Source: Bacteroidales bacterium UBA6397
GTDB taxonomy: Bacteria; Bacteroidota; Bacteroidia; Bacteroidales; UBA932
Length of the DNA: 64,000 nt
Reading direction: 5' to 3'
NCBI GenBank assembly: GCA_002439875.1
Contig: DJQB01000036.1
Span: 139,079-203,078, forward strand
Below, one piece after another: positions 41,434-50,926 of the stretch; within the stretch, counting starts at the first letter, position 1; each line of letters begins with the position of its first letter. Position numbers and translations under genes: made by a program. The notes under the pieces were generated by a model. The model did not search any database. It worked only from the letters and a program-made list of their open reading frames with translations, and had not been told where the DNA came from.

Positions 41434-42750
41434 TTAATGATTCCTTGAATGCCGCTCCGGGCGTTCAGGGCGCACCATTTTCCACAGCACGAGAGAGGCG
41501 ATAAGGTGAAGCACTCCCATCACGGCGAACAGGATATTGCCCATAGACGAGAGTAGGGAGCCGACGAACACATTGAATATAGCCCCTCCGACGGCGCCTG
41601 CCCCTGCTGTTATGCCGACCACACTGGCCACATTCCTCACCGGGAACGCTTCCGCCACCACCACGCAGATGGTGTAGAGCCAGCTTGAGCACATCACGGC
41701 GATCACGCTGAATATGCCTACTACCATCCAGGCTCTGACTCCGAACGCTATGGACTCGCATCCACTCACGATAGGTGTCAGCGCGCAAATAGGCGCGACG
41801 AAGGATATTCCTATCATCATTATCTTTCTTGCCTTGAGGGCTGGAATCCCTTTCTTGACCAGATGGTCGGAGAAGATGGACGACAGTATGCCACCGACCG
41901 CGCTGAAGAAGAACGGCACACCACCCATGTACTGGATCATGTCCAATGTGGCCTGCTGGCTGAGTCCCTGAGCCTCTCCCAAACTTCTAAGGTAGCCTGG
42001 AAGCCAGAAGCAGCAGAAATACCACACAGGATCGCTGATGAGGCGGATAAGCAATATTCCCCATAAGGAACGGGTTTTCCATAGACCAGTCCATGTGAAT
42101 GCGGCGGATCCTTCGATGGATTTCTGAGAATTGTCTGCATCCTCATCCGCGTCCATTGTCATTGCGAGCACATCTTTGTCCGGATTACGATAGACAAGCG
42201 CCCAGACAACAGCGATGATCAGGCCGATTCCACCGGCCAGGATGAACACCTCATGCCAAGGCAGAATCCTTGCCATCCATGCTATCACAAGCGGAGCGAT
42301 GACCGTTCCCAAGGCTCCTCCGGCTGTGCAAAGGCTGTTGGCTGTGGCTCTGTGACGTTTCTCGAACCAAACTGTCACGGCGACAATCTGCCCGGCTATG
42401 ATGGTAGGTTCCGCGAGACCGAGTATGCCTCTGAACATCGCGAAAAGCACGGCGTTGGTTGACAGACCGCCTCCGATGCACGCCAGTGACCACACTACGA
42501 TTCCGACCGTTATCACAGGCTTGGGACCGAATTTGTCCACGAGTATCCCTGAAATTGGGTACATTATAGCATAGCAGATCAGGAACACGTTGACTATCCA
42601 TGCGTACTGAATGTCCCCGATCCCGAAATAGTCCAAGATTTCCGGTTTCAATATTGACAACAACTGGCGGTCAAGATAATTGCAGATGATCGCGACAAAG
42701 AGAGTGGCGACAATGAATATCCGCCGTTTTCCGAAAGAGTGATTCTCCAT
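41434..42750 (-). CDS. MFS transporter (ExuT / ACS-like)
   Basis: 438 aa, about 12 TM helices, with the N-terminal LDRQLLSILKPEI pattern. Confidence 0.75.
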   Translation of the reverse strand: MENHSFGKRRIFIVATLFVAIICNYLDRQLLSILKPEILDYFGIGDIQYAWIVNVFLICYAIMYPISGILVDKFGPKPVITVGIVVWSLACIGGGLSTNAVLFAMFRGILGLAEPTIIAGQIVAVTVWFEKRHRATANSLCTAGGALGTVIAPLVIAWMARILPWHEVFILAGGIGLIIAVVWALVYRNPDKDVLAMTMDADEDADNSQKSIEGSAAFTWTGLWKTRSLWGILLIRLISDPVWYFCCFWLPGYLRSLGEAQGLSQQATLDMIQYMGGVPFFFSAVGGILSSIFSDHLVKKGIPALKARKIMMIGISFVAPICALTPIVSGCESIAFGVRAWMVVGIFSVIAVMCSSWLYTICVVVAEAFPVRNVASVVGITAGAGAVGGAIFNVFVGSLLSSMGNILFAVMGVLHLIASLVLWKMVRPERPERHSRNH

Positions 42751-44340
42751 TTATTTCAATTTGCTTAGTTCAAGATATTTTTGGTAACGGCGATCCAGCA
42801 CCTCGTGCCTTTCAGAAGACGGGATGTAAGTGCGGACGGGTGACGGACATAATGCTTTCTGGGCAGTAGGAACATCGGGGTGCAGACCGGCCACGACAGA
42901 AGCGTTGACCGCCGCTCCCAGGGCACATGATTGCTTACAGTCAAGTACTTCAATCTTTTTCATGTTGGCGTCCGCCATCAGTTGCATGATGAAAGGGGAC
43001 TTGAACGCTATGCCGCCGATTGCGACAAGGCGCTCGATAGGCACCCCGTTGTCAATCAGATGGTCAATCGCGGCTTTCGCGCCGAATGCGGCTGACTCGG
43101 CAAGAGCGTAATAGATTTCCGCAGGAGATGTCCCTAAGGTCAATCCGGTGATGGTGCAGGTCAGAGAACTGTCGGGGGCAGGAGAGCGTCTTCCGTTGAG
43201 ATAACCAGTGGAAATTGGATTTGACAGACTGATGTTCAGTTTCTCAGCCTCTTCCGAGAGCCTTTGAAGAATATTGTCATCATGACATTCTGATGCCCAT
43301 CCCAAGATTCGTTTCAGCCATGCAAAAATGTCCCCGAACGCTGACATTCCGACCTCATATCCAGTCATCCCCGGGAGGATGGAACCATCCACTTGTCCGA
43401 AAACACCGTCTATAATATGCTCGTTAGGCGGTGTGACTGCCATGAAACAGGCGGATGTGCCGAGATTCATGACCATCGTTCCGTAGGAGATTCCAGCTCC
43501 AACAGCACCGGAGTGAGAATCGATGTTCCCTATTCCTATAAACACGTCTCTCGAAAGTCCTAGTCTGTCTGCCCATTCCGGCGAGATTACTCCAGCCGCC
43601 TTGTCGCAGCCGGATATGTTTGTCGGCATATTCCTAAGTATAGGAACAAGAACGCTGTCTATTCCATCGAAGAACTCCTCAGGAGGGAATCCTCCCCATT
43701 CCTTCGCCCACAATCTTTTCGCTCCGGCGGCGCACAGCCCTGATTTCATCTTCGTGATGTCATCAACACCTGTCAGCACAGCCGGGATCCAGTCGCACAA
43801 TTCTATGGCGGTGCAAGCATCTTTCTGAAGTTCCGGTGAATGGCGTAGCGTCTTGAGGACTTTCGCCCAGAAACACTCCGCGGAATAGTGGCCGCCAGAA
43901 TGGCAGGAATATTCTTTGCCGGAATTTCTGATGGCATTGTTGATCTCCGCAGCCTCGCTTTCAGCAGTGTGGTCTTTCCAGAGGACGAACATCGCATCAG
44001 GATTATCTTTATGTCTCTCCAGCATAGAGAGTGGCTTGCAGTGCCTGTCCACAAGACATGGGGTGCTGCCCGTGGTGTCTACGGAGATGCCTCGTATAGC
44101 CTCTGGTGACGGGCAATGCGAAACAACATCGGTAAGCACCTTTTCAAGACCTTCGAGATAGTCCGGAGGGGATTGGCGGAACATGGCCTTTGCCCTGTCG
44201 GTATAAAATCCCTTGCCCCATCTGGTGTACAAAGCCTCGGACGTGTGGACATATTCCCCAGTGATGGCGTTGACCAGCAATGCCCTCACCGAGTCGGAGC
44301 CGAAATCTACTCCTATTGTGTATGAATTCTGTCTGTTCAT
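42751..44340 (-). CDS. araB: FGGY-family carbohydrate kinase, ribulokinase-like
   Basis: Strong resemblance to AraB as remembered: IGVDFGSDSVRAL, NPDAMFVLWKDHTA, AECFWAKVL, IELCDWIPAVLTG and GMSAFGDIFAWL. Confidence 0.7.
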   Translation of the reverse strand: MNRQNSYTIGVDFGSDSVRALLVNAITGEYVHTSEALYTRWGKGFYTDRAKAMFRQSPPDYLEGLEKVLTDVVSHCPSPEAIRGISVDTTGSTPCLVDRHCKPLSMLERHKDNPDAMFVLWKDHTAESEAAEINNAIRNSGKEYSCHSGGHYSAECFWAKVLKTLRHSPELQKDACTAIELCDWIPAVLTGVDDITKMKSGLCAAGAKRLWAKEWGGFPPEEFFDGIDSVLVPILRNMPTNISGCDKAAGVISPEWADRLGLSRDVFIGIGNIDSHSGAVGAGISYGTMVMNLGTSACFMAVTPPNEHIIDGVFGQVDGSILPGMTGYEVGMSAFGDIFAWLKRILGWASECHDDNILQRLSEEAEKLNISLSNPISTGYLNGRRSPAPDSSLTCTITGLTLGTSPAEIYYALAESAAFGAKAAIDHLIDNGVPIERLVAIGGIAFKSPFIMQLMADANMKKIEVLDCKQSCALGAAVNASVVAGLHPDVPTAQKALCPSPVRTYIPSSERHEVLDRRYQKYLELSKLK

Positions 44341-44364
44341 TACCGTATTTTATACGGGCGTGAA

Positions 44365-45660
44365 TTATAGCGTGGTAAGGTGGAAGTTCCTCCAGAGGAC
44401 CCTGATGTTGTTTCCGTCGTGGATCTGAAGCATGATGCGGCCGGACTTGGAGCCGATCAGTTCATCATTGATGTCAACCATAGACTCGCCATTCAACCAA
44501 GTCTTCACGTTGTTCCCCTCGACACGCAGACGTAGCGTGTTCCATTCGCCTTCTTTGAGGATGTCTTCCTTTTCGTCCGGAATCTGAACAAGCCAGCCGC
44601 GTCCGTATGACTCGTAGATGCCGGCTGTGTCCTGACCCTTTGGAGCGACCTCGCACTGCCATCCGTTCACAATGTTGTTCAGGTAGCCGCCATCCACAAA
44701 TGAATGGAAGAACAGACCTGAATTGCCATTCGAACACTGTTTGAACTCGACAGTCAGATCGAAATCCTTGTAGTACTCACGGGTTCCGAGGTAGCCGTAG
44801 CGAAGATCCTCTCCGTTCTCTGTGACGAGATTGCCTTCTTCGTCAACTTCTGTGCGCATACTTCCGAACAACTCCCAACCATGGAGATCCTTGCCGTTGA
44901 AAAGGACGACCTCCTGGCCGGCCTTGTGGGGCAACTCTTTGATCTTGATGTTCCTGAACGAGGCTGGGTCTCCGTGATCCTGAAGACATATAACCCCTTC
45001 GTGGGCGAGACCATATTCGGTAGCGTCGCCCCATTTGCCGCTGGCTTTCTTCTCGAACCAGTCATCTGTCCACGCTTCGAACTCAAGTATTTTCTCGCCA
45101 TTCAGCCAATGCTCGACATGACCGTTGTCAAAAACGATTTTTGAGTTGTTCCATTCGCCTTGTGGATTGACCTTCATCTTACTGTAGTCAGGAAGGTGCA
45201 TGGCATAGTCAACCCCAAGCATCTGCCACTCCTCAAGTTTTGCCGGAGAGTTCACTTCCTCCCAACCTTCGTTGTCAATGAGTTGATATTCAGGCCCTGT
45301 GACATAGGGAACCTTGAATTTCGGATTTTCGATGACATGGTAAAGCATTCCACTGTTGCCTCCGTGTGTGAGTTTCCAGTCCCAGGAAAGCTCGAAATTC
45401 TCAAATGTCTTGTCGGTCACGATGTAGCCGGATTCATCAGCCCCGTTGCCGGAAGCCTGTATGCAGCCGTCCACGACAGTCCAGCCGTTTGTCATGGAAT
45501 CACCATTGTAGTCACGCCACCCATCAAGATCTTTTCCGTTGAACAACAGTGACCAGCCTTCGGCCTTTTCCTCGGATGTCAATGTGTTCGGGGGTGTTCC
45601 GCATGATGCAATCAACGCCACATTCCCTATTACCGATAAACATAAAATGATATTCCTCAT
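44365..45660 (-). CDS. Lipoprotein with two DUF1080 (3-keto-disaccharide hydrolase-like) domains
   Basis: Lipobox LIASC. The pattern LFNGKDL.GW......W.V.DG ... NSG occurs twice. Confidence 0.75.
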   Translation of the reverse strand: MRNIILCLSVIGNVALIASCGTPPNTLTSEEKAEGWSLLFNGKDLDGWRDYNGDSMTNGWTVVDGCIQASGNGADESGYIVTDKTFENFELSWDWKLTHGGNSGMLYHVIENPKFKVPYVTGPEYQLIDNEGWEEVNSPAKLEEWQMLGVDYAMHLPDYSKMKVNPQGEWNNSKIVFDNGHVEHWLNGEKILEFEAWTDDWFEKKASGKWGDATEYGLAHEGVICLQDHGDPASFRNIKIKELPHKAGQEVVLFNGKDLHGWELFGSMRTEVDEEGNLVTENGEDLRYGYLGTREYYKDFDLTVEFKQCSNGNSGLFFHSFVDGGYLNNIVNGWQCEVAPKGQDTAGIYESYGRGWLVQIPDEKEDILKEGEWNTLRLRVEGNNVKTWLNGESMVDINDELIGSKSGRIMLQIHDGNNIRVLWRNFHLTTL

Positions 45661-45846
45661 TGGTCGTTAATCTGTGTTATTTTTCATAAAGAGTACAAAA
45701 GTAAGCAAATTCAACCATTAATACAAACGAATGTATTGCGCGGACGCACAGGGCCGTATTGGGCTGTGGGTATATTTTTCTACAAAATTTAAAGGTTATT
45801 CCGGAAAAAATGCGTAAAATAGAGGTGTATATAAAAATGAACTGTT

Positions 45847-47121
45847 ATGAAAAGAGATTTGAAAAGATTTATCGGAGGCACTTTGCTTCTGATCGCGGCG
45901 GCTTGTGGCAAAACTGGTACTGATCCTGAGCCGGAACCTAATCCAGGCACTGAACCGGAGCCAACACCTGTGACAGCGGAGATTTTGAGTAAGGATGGAA
46001 CGTCCAACTGCTACGTTATCACAAAAAAGGGAGATTATTCATTTGATGCCACAATCAAAGGAAACGGTGCCGCGTCCAAAGGACTCGCCGCGCCTGAGAG
46101 GATGGCTCCTGATTCTGCTGCTCTATTGTGGGAAACTGCAAAGGGAATGATCACGGATGTCGCTCTCAAGGACGGAAAGATCACTTTCAAGGCCTCTGCT
46201 TTGAACGGCAATGCCTTGATCGCCGCATATTCTGCGGACAAGGCTGTTGTTTGGAGTTGGCACATCTGGTTTCCTGAGGAGAAAATCGTGGCTGTCGAGA
46301 CAAAGACAGGCTATGAGGTTATGAATATGAACCTCGGAGCAATGACCTCTGCTTTCGGTTCAACCCCTGACGTTAAGCCTTATGGGTTGTTGTACCAATG
46401 GGGACGCAAGGATCCGTTTCCGTCCGCACCGACTGTTACCGGTGATGAAAAGACTCTGCCTGTTCCCGTTTATGGCCCAGATGGCGCAGAGGTGAAGATT
46501 TCCTATTCCCTTTGGAGTTCGGTTGAAAACAACACAATTGAATATTCCATTGCAAATCCGACGAAATGCCTTTCGAATTATGCACAGTACAATACATGCA
46601 AGGATTGGCTGAAGGCATCAGACAGCAATGACGCTTTGTGGGGAAATCCTGATGGAGGAGAAAGGGATTCCGACAACAATTATGTCAATAAAGGCTCCAA
46701 GTCATTCTATGACCCATGCCCTGTGGGCTATCGCGTGCCGCCAGCTGACGTGTTCAGAACATTCACGACTTCAGGTGGATATTCTCAGGATCCTTCCACA
46801 TTCGATGTCGTTGATCTGAATTACGACGGAGAGATAGACAGGCAGGACTATGACTATGGCTGGTCCTTTAAAATGAAGGAAGGCTCTCAATTTTTTCCTG
46901 CCGCCGCCCGTTATGACGGTTCATACGCAATGTTGATGGGTTCAAAAAGTGGCTTGTGGGGATCTTATTGGGGAAATGCTCCTGCCAAATCCTATGGATC
47001 GGCCACCGGTTTCGGATTCTGTGTCCTTGCGTTCATGAATGAGGCCGCAGGTACATCCGTCTCTGCCACAGCCTCGGCCAACCGCGCCGACGCTTACTCC
47101 GTCCGCTGCGTCAAAGAGTAA
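45847..47121 (+). CDS. Lipoprotein with a FISUMP-like (Fib_succ_major-like) C-terminal domain
   Basis: Lipobox LIAAAC. Motifs YGLLYQWGRKDPFP, DPCPVGYRVP and FFPAAARYDG. Confidence 0.5.
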   Translation: MKRDLKRFIGGTLLLIAAACGKTGTDPEPEPNPGTEPEPTPVTAEILSKDGTSNCYVITKKGDYSFDATIKGNGAASKGLAAPERMAPDSAALLWETAKGMITDVALKDGKITFKASALNGNALIAAYSADKAVVWSWHIWFPEEKIVAVETKTGYEVMNMNLGAMTSAFGSTPDVKPYGLLYQWGRKDPFPSAPTVTGDEKTLPVPVYGPDGAEVKISYSLWSSVENNTIEYSIANPTKCLSNYAQYNTCKDWLKASDSNDALWGNPDGGERDSDNNYVNKGSKSFYDPCPVGYRVPPADVFRTFTTSGGYSQDPSTFDVVDLNYDGEIDRQDYDYGWSFKMKEGSQFFPAAARYDGSYAMLMGSKSGLWGSYWGNAPAKSYGSATGFGFCVLAFMNEAAGTSVSATASANRADAYSVRCVKE

Positions 47122-47177
47122 ACCAAAGCCCCGCCGGGGTAGCCCACAAAGAGGCAGAATAATAGTCTGGAGACAAA

Positions 47178-47211
47178 AGAAGAGGGTGAGACAATCTCAT
47201 CCTCTTCTTTT
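47178..47211 (+). terminator. Rho-independent terminator, possibly bidirectional, abutting the tRNA-Ala 3' end
   Basis: 14-bp stem AGAAGAGGGTGAGA-CAA-TCTCATCCTCTTCT followed by TTT. Confidence 0.7.
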
Positions 47212-47212
47212 G

Positions 47213-47285
47213 TGGAGCATAGGAGGATCGAACTCCTGACCTCAAGATTGCGAACCTTGCGCTCTACCAGCTGAGCTAATACCCC
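47213..47285 (-). tRNA. tRNA-Ala (anticodon CGC)
   Basis: Manual cloverleaf. The acceptor GGGGTAT/ATGCTCC includes a G3:U70 pair. The D arm is GCTC-AGCTGGTA-GAGC. The anticodon arm is CAAGG-TTCGCAA-TCTTG. The T arm is AGGAG-TTCGATC-CTCCT. CCA is not encoded. Confidence 0.9.
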
Positions 47286-47422
47286 GTTCAGACTGCAAAT
47301 ATACAAAAAAACATTCACGACACCATTATATTCAATGAAATTTCATCTTTGCTTCATCATTTCATCTTTTGGCTGTCGGAATCTCATTGCCCACATTTTG
47401 TGAAAAAGACTTCAATCGCTGA

Positions 47423-48286
47423 TTATCTTGTGGATGCGATGAAATCCTTATATCTGATGAAATCATCCGGAATCGGCATGTCATAGACTTTGCTTCTGAG
47501 GAACGCTCCGAAATCCTTGATGTCGGAATGCCCGGACTGCTCTTCCACTGTCAGCACCTCACCGATCCCTACCCTTATCCTCCTGTGCTTTTTGTTGACA
47601 AGCTCGTGAGGAAGCTGCATCAGCCGGACCCTCCAGTCGATAAGCCCCAAATAGTAAAACCACATTGAATTGTGGTCGAAAAACCTGACTGGCACAACCG
47701 GAACCTTTGCTTTTTGAATGAGACGCAGAACCGCTTCCTGCCATTCCCTGTCCCTGATCTTCATCTCTTTAAGGCTTAGATCCGAAACTGCTCCGGAAGG
47801 AAAGAATCCGACCGGCTCACCGTCATGAAGCCTTTCCAGAACCTCACGGACACCTTGGATATTCTTGGCCGTAATGCCCTTGTTGAGGTTGTTCTTTGGG
47901 TTGACAACGATGATGCTTGGACGCAGCGCTTCGACCAAGGCGAGGAATTCGGTCACCATCACTTTGAACCCCTGCCGCAGATGTCCCATAAGGTCAATGA
48001 GAATGATTCCGTCCATGCCTCCGTAAGGATGGTTGCTTATCGTGATGAACGGCCCGTCCGGCAGATTCAGAAGTCTCTCCGAGCCTCCCAAATGGTAATT
48101 GACACCAAGCTTGTCCAGTAGGGCACCGGCGAAATCCGCTCCCTGATATTCATCAATCGTGTCGTAAAGGTCGGACAAGGTCTTGACTGACAGCACTTTT
48201 CTTAGCAAACGCACAATAGTGTTACCGAATTTCCCTTTGAAAACCGGCGCTAAACGCTCAATCTGTTCAACTGGAAGAAGCGGCAT
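47423..48286 (-). CDS. Lysophospholipid / 1-acylglycerol-3-phosphate acyltransferase family (PlsC-like)
   Basis: HX4D motif NHPYGGMDG and FPSGAVS block. Confidence 0.7.
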   Translation of the reverse strand: MPLLPVEQIERLAPVFKGKFGNTIVRLLRKVLSVKTLSDLYDTIDEYQGADFAGALLDKLGVNYHLGGSERLLNLPDGPFITISNHPYGGMDGIILIDLMGHLRQGFKVMVTEFLALVEALRPSIIVVNPKNNLNKGITAKNIQGVREVLERLHDGEPVGFFPSGAVSDLSLKEMKIRDREWQEAVLRLIQKAKVPVVPVRFFDHNSMWFYYLGLIDWRVRLMQLPHELVNKKHRRIRVGIGEVLTVEEQSGHSDIKDFGAFLRSKVYDMPIPDDFIRYKDFIASTR

Positions 48287-48999
48287 TATTTGTCGTCACT
48301 TTTGGGCATAGGATCCATTTTGGCGTAACCCTTTGCGTCGTTGATGATTGTCACGGCATAAATGATCACGAGTATGGCAAGGATGACAATGCCAGCGACA
48401 TCAAGCGAATGAAGTTCAACTTTATTTCCGAGGACACTGATTGATGCGCTGAAATCCCTCAATGGTTTTATGAATATGAACAGTGATGTCAGGATGATCG
48501 CTATCACCCTGAATTCGGTCGGCCCGAGTTTGGCATAGGTGAGCCGGAATTCGCTCTTGAGATGCGCGTTCACGCTGACATTCACAGTAAGGCAAAGATA
48601 GACAACGAATATCATCAACGCCAGATCCAGCCGCATAAGGCATGACAACCCTAAACCAACGAACATAAAAGCCTCGTTGATGCAGTCAACTGTGTGGTCG
48701 AGGTAATAGCCGTAGATCGGTCTTTGAGTATTGCGGACTCTGGCCAGCGTCCCGTCCAATGAATCTCCATACCAGTTCACAACGAATCCAAAGCAACTGA
48801 GCCATAGGAAATTGATGTTGTCACTGCAGAGGATGTACCCGGCCCCGATCATAATCGCTCCAAGTGTGCCGATGGCTGTAAGTGTGTCGGATACGACCCA
48901 TTTCGGCTGCCTCTCGGCCAGCCAGACAAGGGCCTTCTTCTCGACCCCGTTCAGGATGGAAGTCTGTATTCTTTCCGCTTTCTTGTCTGCCATATTCAA
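48286..48999 (-). CDS. CDP-alcohol phosphatidyltransferase family protein
   Basis: Motif DSLDGTLARVRNTQRPIYGYYLDHTVDCINE (D-G-x2-A-R...D-x3-D), with multiple TM helices. Confidence 0.8.
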   Translation of the reverse strand: MNMADKKAERIQTSILNGVEKKALVWLAERQPKWVVSDTLTAIGTLGAIMIGAGYILCSDNINFLWLSCFGFVVNWYGDSLDGTLARVRNTQRPIYGYYLDHTVDCINEAFMFVGLGLSCLMRLDLALMIFVVYLCLTVNVSVNAHLKSEFRLTYAKLGPTEFRVIAIILTSLFIFIKPLRDFSASISVLGNKVELHSLDVAGIVILAILVIIYAVTIINDAKGYAKMDPMPKSDDK

Positions 49000-49006
49000 T
49001 TATGTG

Positions 49007-50131
49007 TTAGATGTTCTTGACGTAGATTCTTGCTCTCTTGTGGAGATGATGCTCGAATTTGCCCCAAAGGTTCTGCACGTTATGGTTCCCCTCCAGCTCA
49101 CGGGTGCTCTCGACGTATTTGATGCCGTTCTTGTGCATCCCCTTGCCGATCTTGGAGATGATCATTGCATTTACACCCTTGTCCTTGTATTCGTTGGATA
49201 TCGCGATCAGCAATGCGTCGATCGTGTCATTGTGATGAAGCGCCCAGAGTATGTGGATGAACCCGAAAGGAAACATATGTCCTTTCGCCTTCTGCAGAGC
49301 CTTTGACAATGACGGCAGTGTGATCCCGAAGCCGATGACTTTGTCGCTCTGATCAACAATGACTGAGACGTAGTCCAGATTCAGGTTCGGGAAGAACTGG
49401 TCCTTGAGATCCTCGCACTGGGCGGGGGAGAGCTCTGAAAAACCGTGAAGGACGGAATAGCACTCGTTCATTACACGGAATATTCCATCGGCATATTTAT
49501 GGAGCAATTCTTCCTTGTTCTTGTAGTTTCCTTCCCTTAAATTGTAGCGTTCACCGACCAATTCCGCGAAATGGAAGTACCTGTCAAGATTGTCGGGAAC
49601 AGTGATTTTATACTCAACGAAGTCAGTTTCTTTAGTAAAACCCTCTTGAAGGATCAGATGCTCATAATAGGGTGCGTTGTACTTCCCGTAGGCCGTTGGA
49701 AGTTGGTCAAATCCTTCGACAAGTACGCCAGAGATGTCAAACTCAAGGAATCCTACCGGCCCCTCGATGACATTCATTCCCTTTTCTTTGGCATATTCCT
49801 TCACATTCTCCATTAGGGCGTGTACAACTTCCTGAGATTCGATAAAATCGATCCATCCGAATCTACAGATTTTTTTGTCAACTTTTTTGTTGTACTTGTA
49901 GTTTATGATTCCAGCGACCCTGCCGACGATTTCACCTTCCTCGTTGTAGGCCAGCCAATATTTACCTTCGCAGACCTCAAATGCCCGGTTTTTGCCCGGT
50001 GTGAGCGTGTCCATTTCCATCGACTCTATCTGAGGGACATAGTATTTATTGTCAGCGTACAACTCGTTTGGAAACCTGACGAAAAGCCTCAGATCCTGTC
50101 TGCTGACCACTTCCTTGGTTGTAATAGCCAT
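49007..50131 (-). CDS. GNAT-like acyltransferase (374 aa)
   Basis: Family guess from overall resemblance to Bacteroidota 370-aa GNAT proteins. It is the first gene of the three-gene lipid operon. Confidence 0.45.
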   Translation of the reverse strand: MAITTKEVVSRQDLRLFVRFPNELYADNKYYVPQIESMEMDTLTPGKNRAFEVCEGKYWLAYNEEGEIVGRVAGIINYKYNKKVDKKICRFGWIDFIESQEVVHALMENVKEYAKEKGMNVIEGPVGFLEFDISGVLVEGFDQLPTAYGKYNAPYYEHLILQEGFTKETDFVEYKITVPDNLDRYFHFAELVGERYNLREGNYKNKEELLHKYADGIFRVMNECYSVLHGFSELSPAQCEDLKDQFFPNLNLDYVSVIVDQSDKVIGFGITLPSLSKALQKAKGHMFPFGFIHILWALHHNDTIDALLIAISNEYKDKGVNAMIISKIGKGMHKNGIKYVESTRELEGNHNVQNLWGKFEHHLHKRARIYVKNI

Positions 50132-50283
50132 TGTTCTTTTACTTTACAATCCGCTAAGGTAGTAAAAAATCGTAAAATATTATATTTTTGAATATACAAA
50201 ATGGTTCCGACATTTGCCAATGACGGGACTGATATCTCTTATTGATAAATGTTTAAATCAGTTTTATAAAATAGTAAGATGGG

Positions 50284-50913
50284 TTACTTTTTCTCGTATC
50301 CGACCGGGTGGTTCAGCAAGAGTTCCTGTCCGTCCTTTAATCCAAGAGCCGTCTTCACTGCATCGTGGTTCATACTTCCGCGCGGAACCGTCGCCAGCCC
50401 GAGAGCCTCGCATGCAAGGCAGATGTTCTGGGAGACATAACCGGCGTCGAGCGCTCCGAACATCGCGGTTCTTTCATCGCGGAACTTGTACTTGTTAAGG
50501 TCGCAGACGATCACGAGGAACAAAGGAGCGTTGGCGACAGATGTCTGACGTCCGGCCAGATCCGCGCGTATGTCCTTTCCGGAAACCTTGGTCAATGTGT
50601 TTTCTTGGGCATTGAAAAGCCAAGCGCCGTCAGCGCGGCAGACATAGACGCTTTCCTCCTGTGTGTTCATCGCTGACGGAACGGTCAGCTTTCCGTCCTC
50701 ACGATTGACTCCGCAGGCAGCCCATAGTAACTGTGACAGAGTCGCTTCGCTGATCTGCGAATCGGAATATTCACGGACAGAGGCTCTTTGCTGAAGGGCC
50801 TGATAGAGAGTCATTGGCACATTTTTGTCAGGTCGTGGAAGCTTGATGACTTCTTGTGCGAATGCGGAAGTGGCCAGCGCGGTGGCAGCCAAAGCGATGA
50901 TGATCTTTTTCAT
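50284..50913 (-). CDS. Secreted nitroreductase-family protein
   Basis: Signal peptide MKKIIIALAATALATSAFA. Nitroreductase-like segments RASVREYSD...LLWAACGVN and NICLACEALGLATV. Confidence 0.7.
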   Translation of the reverse strand: MKKIIIALAATALATSAFAQEVIKLPRPDKNVPMTLYQALQQRASVREYSDSQISEATLSQLLWAACGVNREDGKLTVPSAMNTQEESVYVCRADGAWLFNAQENTLTKVSGKDIRADLAGRQTSVANAPLFLVIVCDLNKYKFRDERTAMFGALDAGYVSQNICLACEALGLATVPRGSMNHDAVKTALGLKDGQELLLNHPVGYEKK

Positions 50914-50926
50914 ATACATAAAGTTT

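Noticed and set aside
47213-47285. tRNA-Ala as the prophage attachment site.
   Set aside because: It lies 11.5 kb from the last phage-like sequence, with intact chromosomal genes in between. I saw no copy of its 3' half near 35640.
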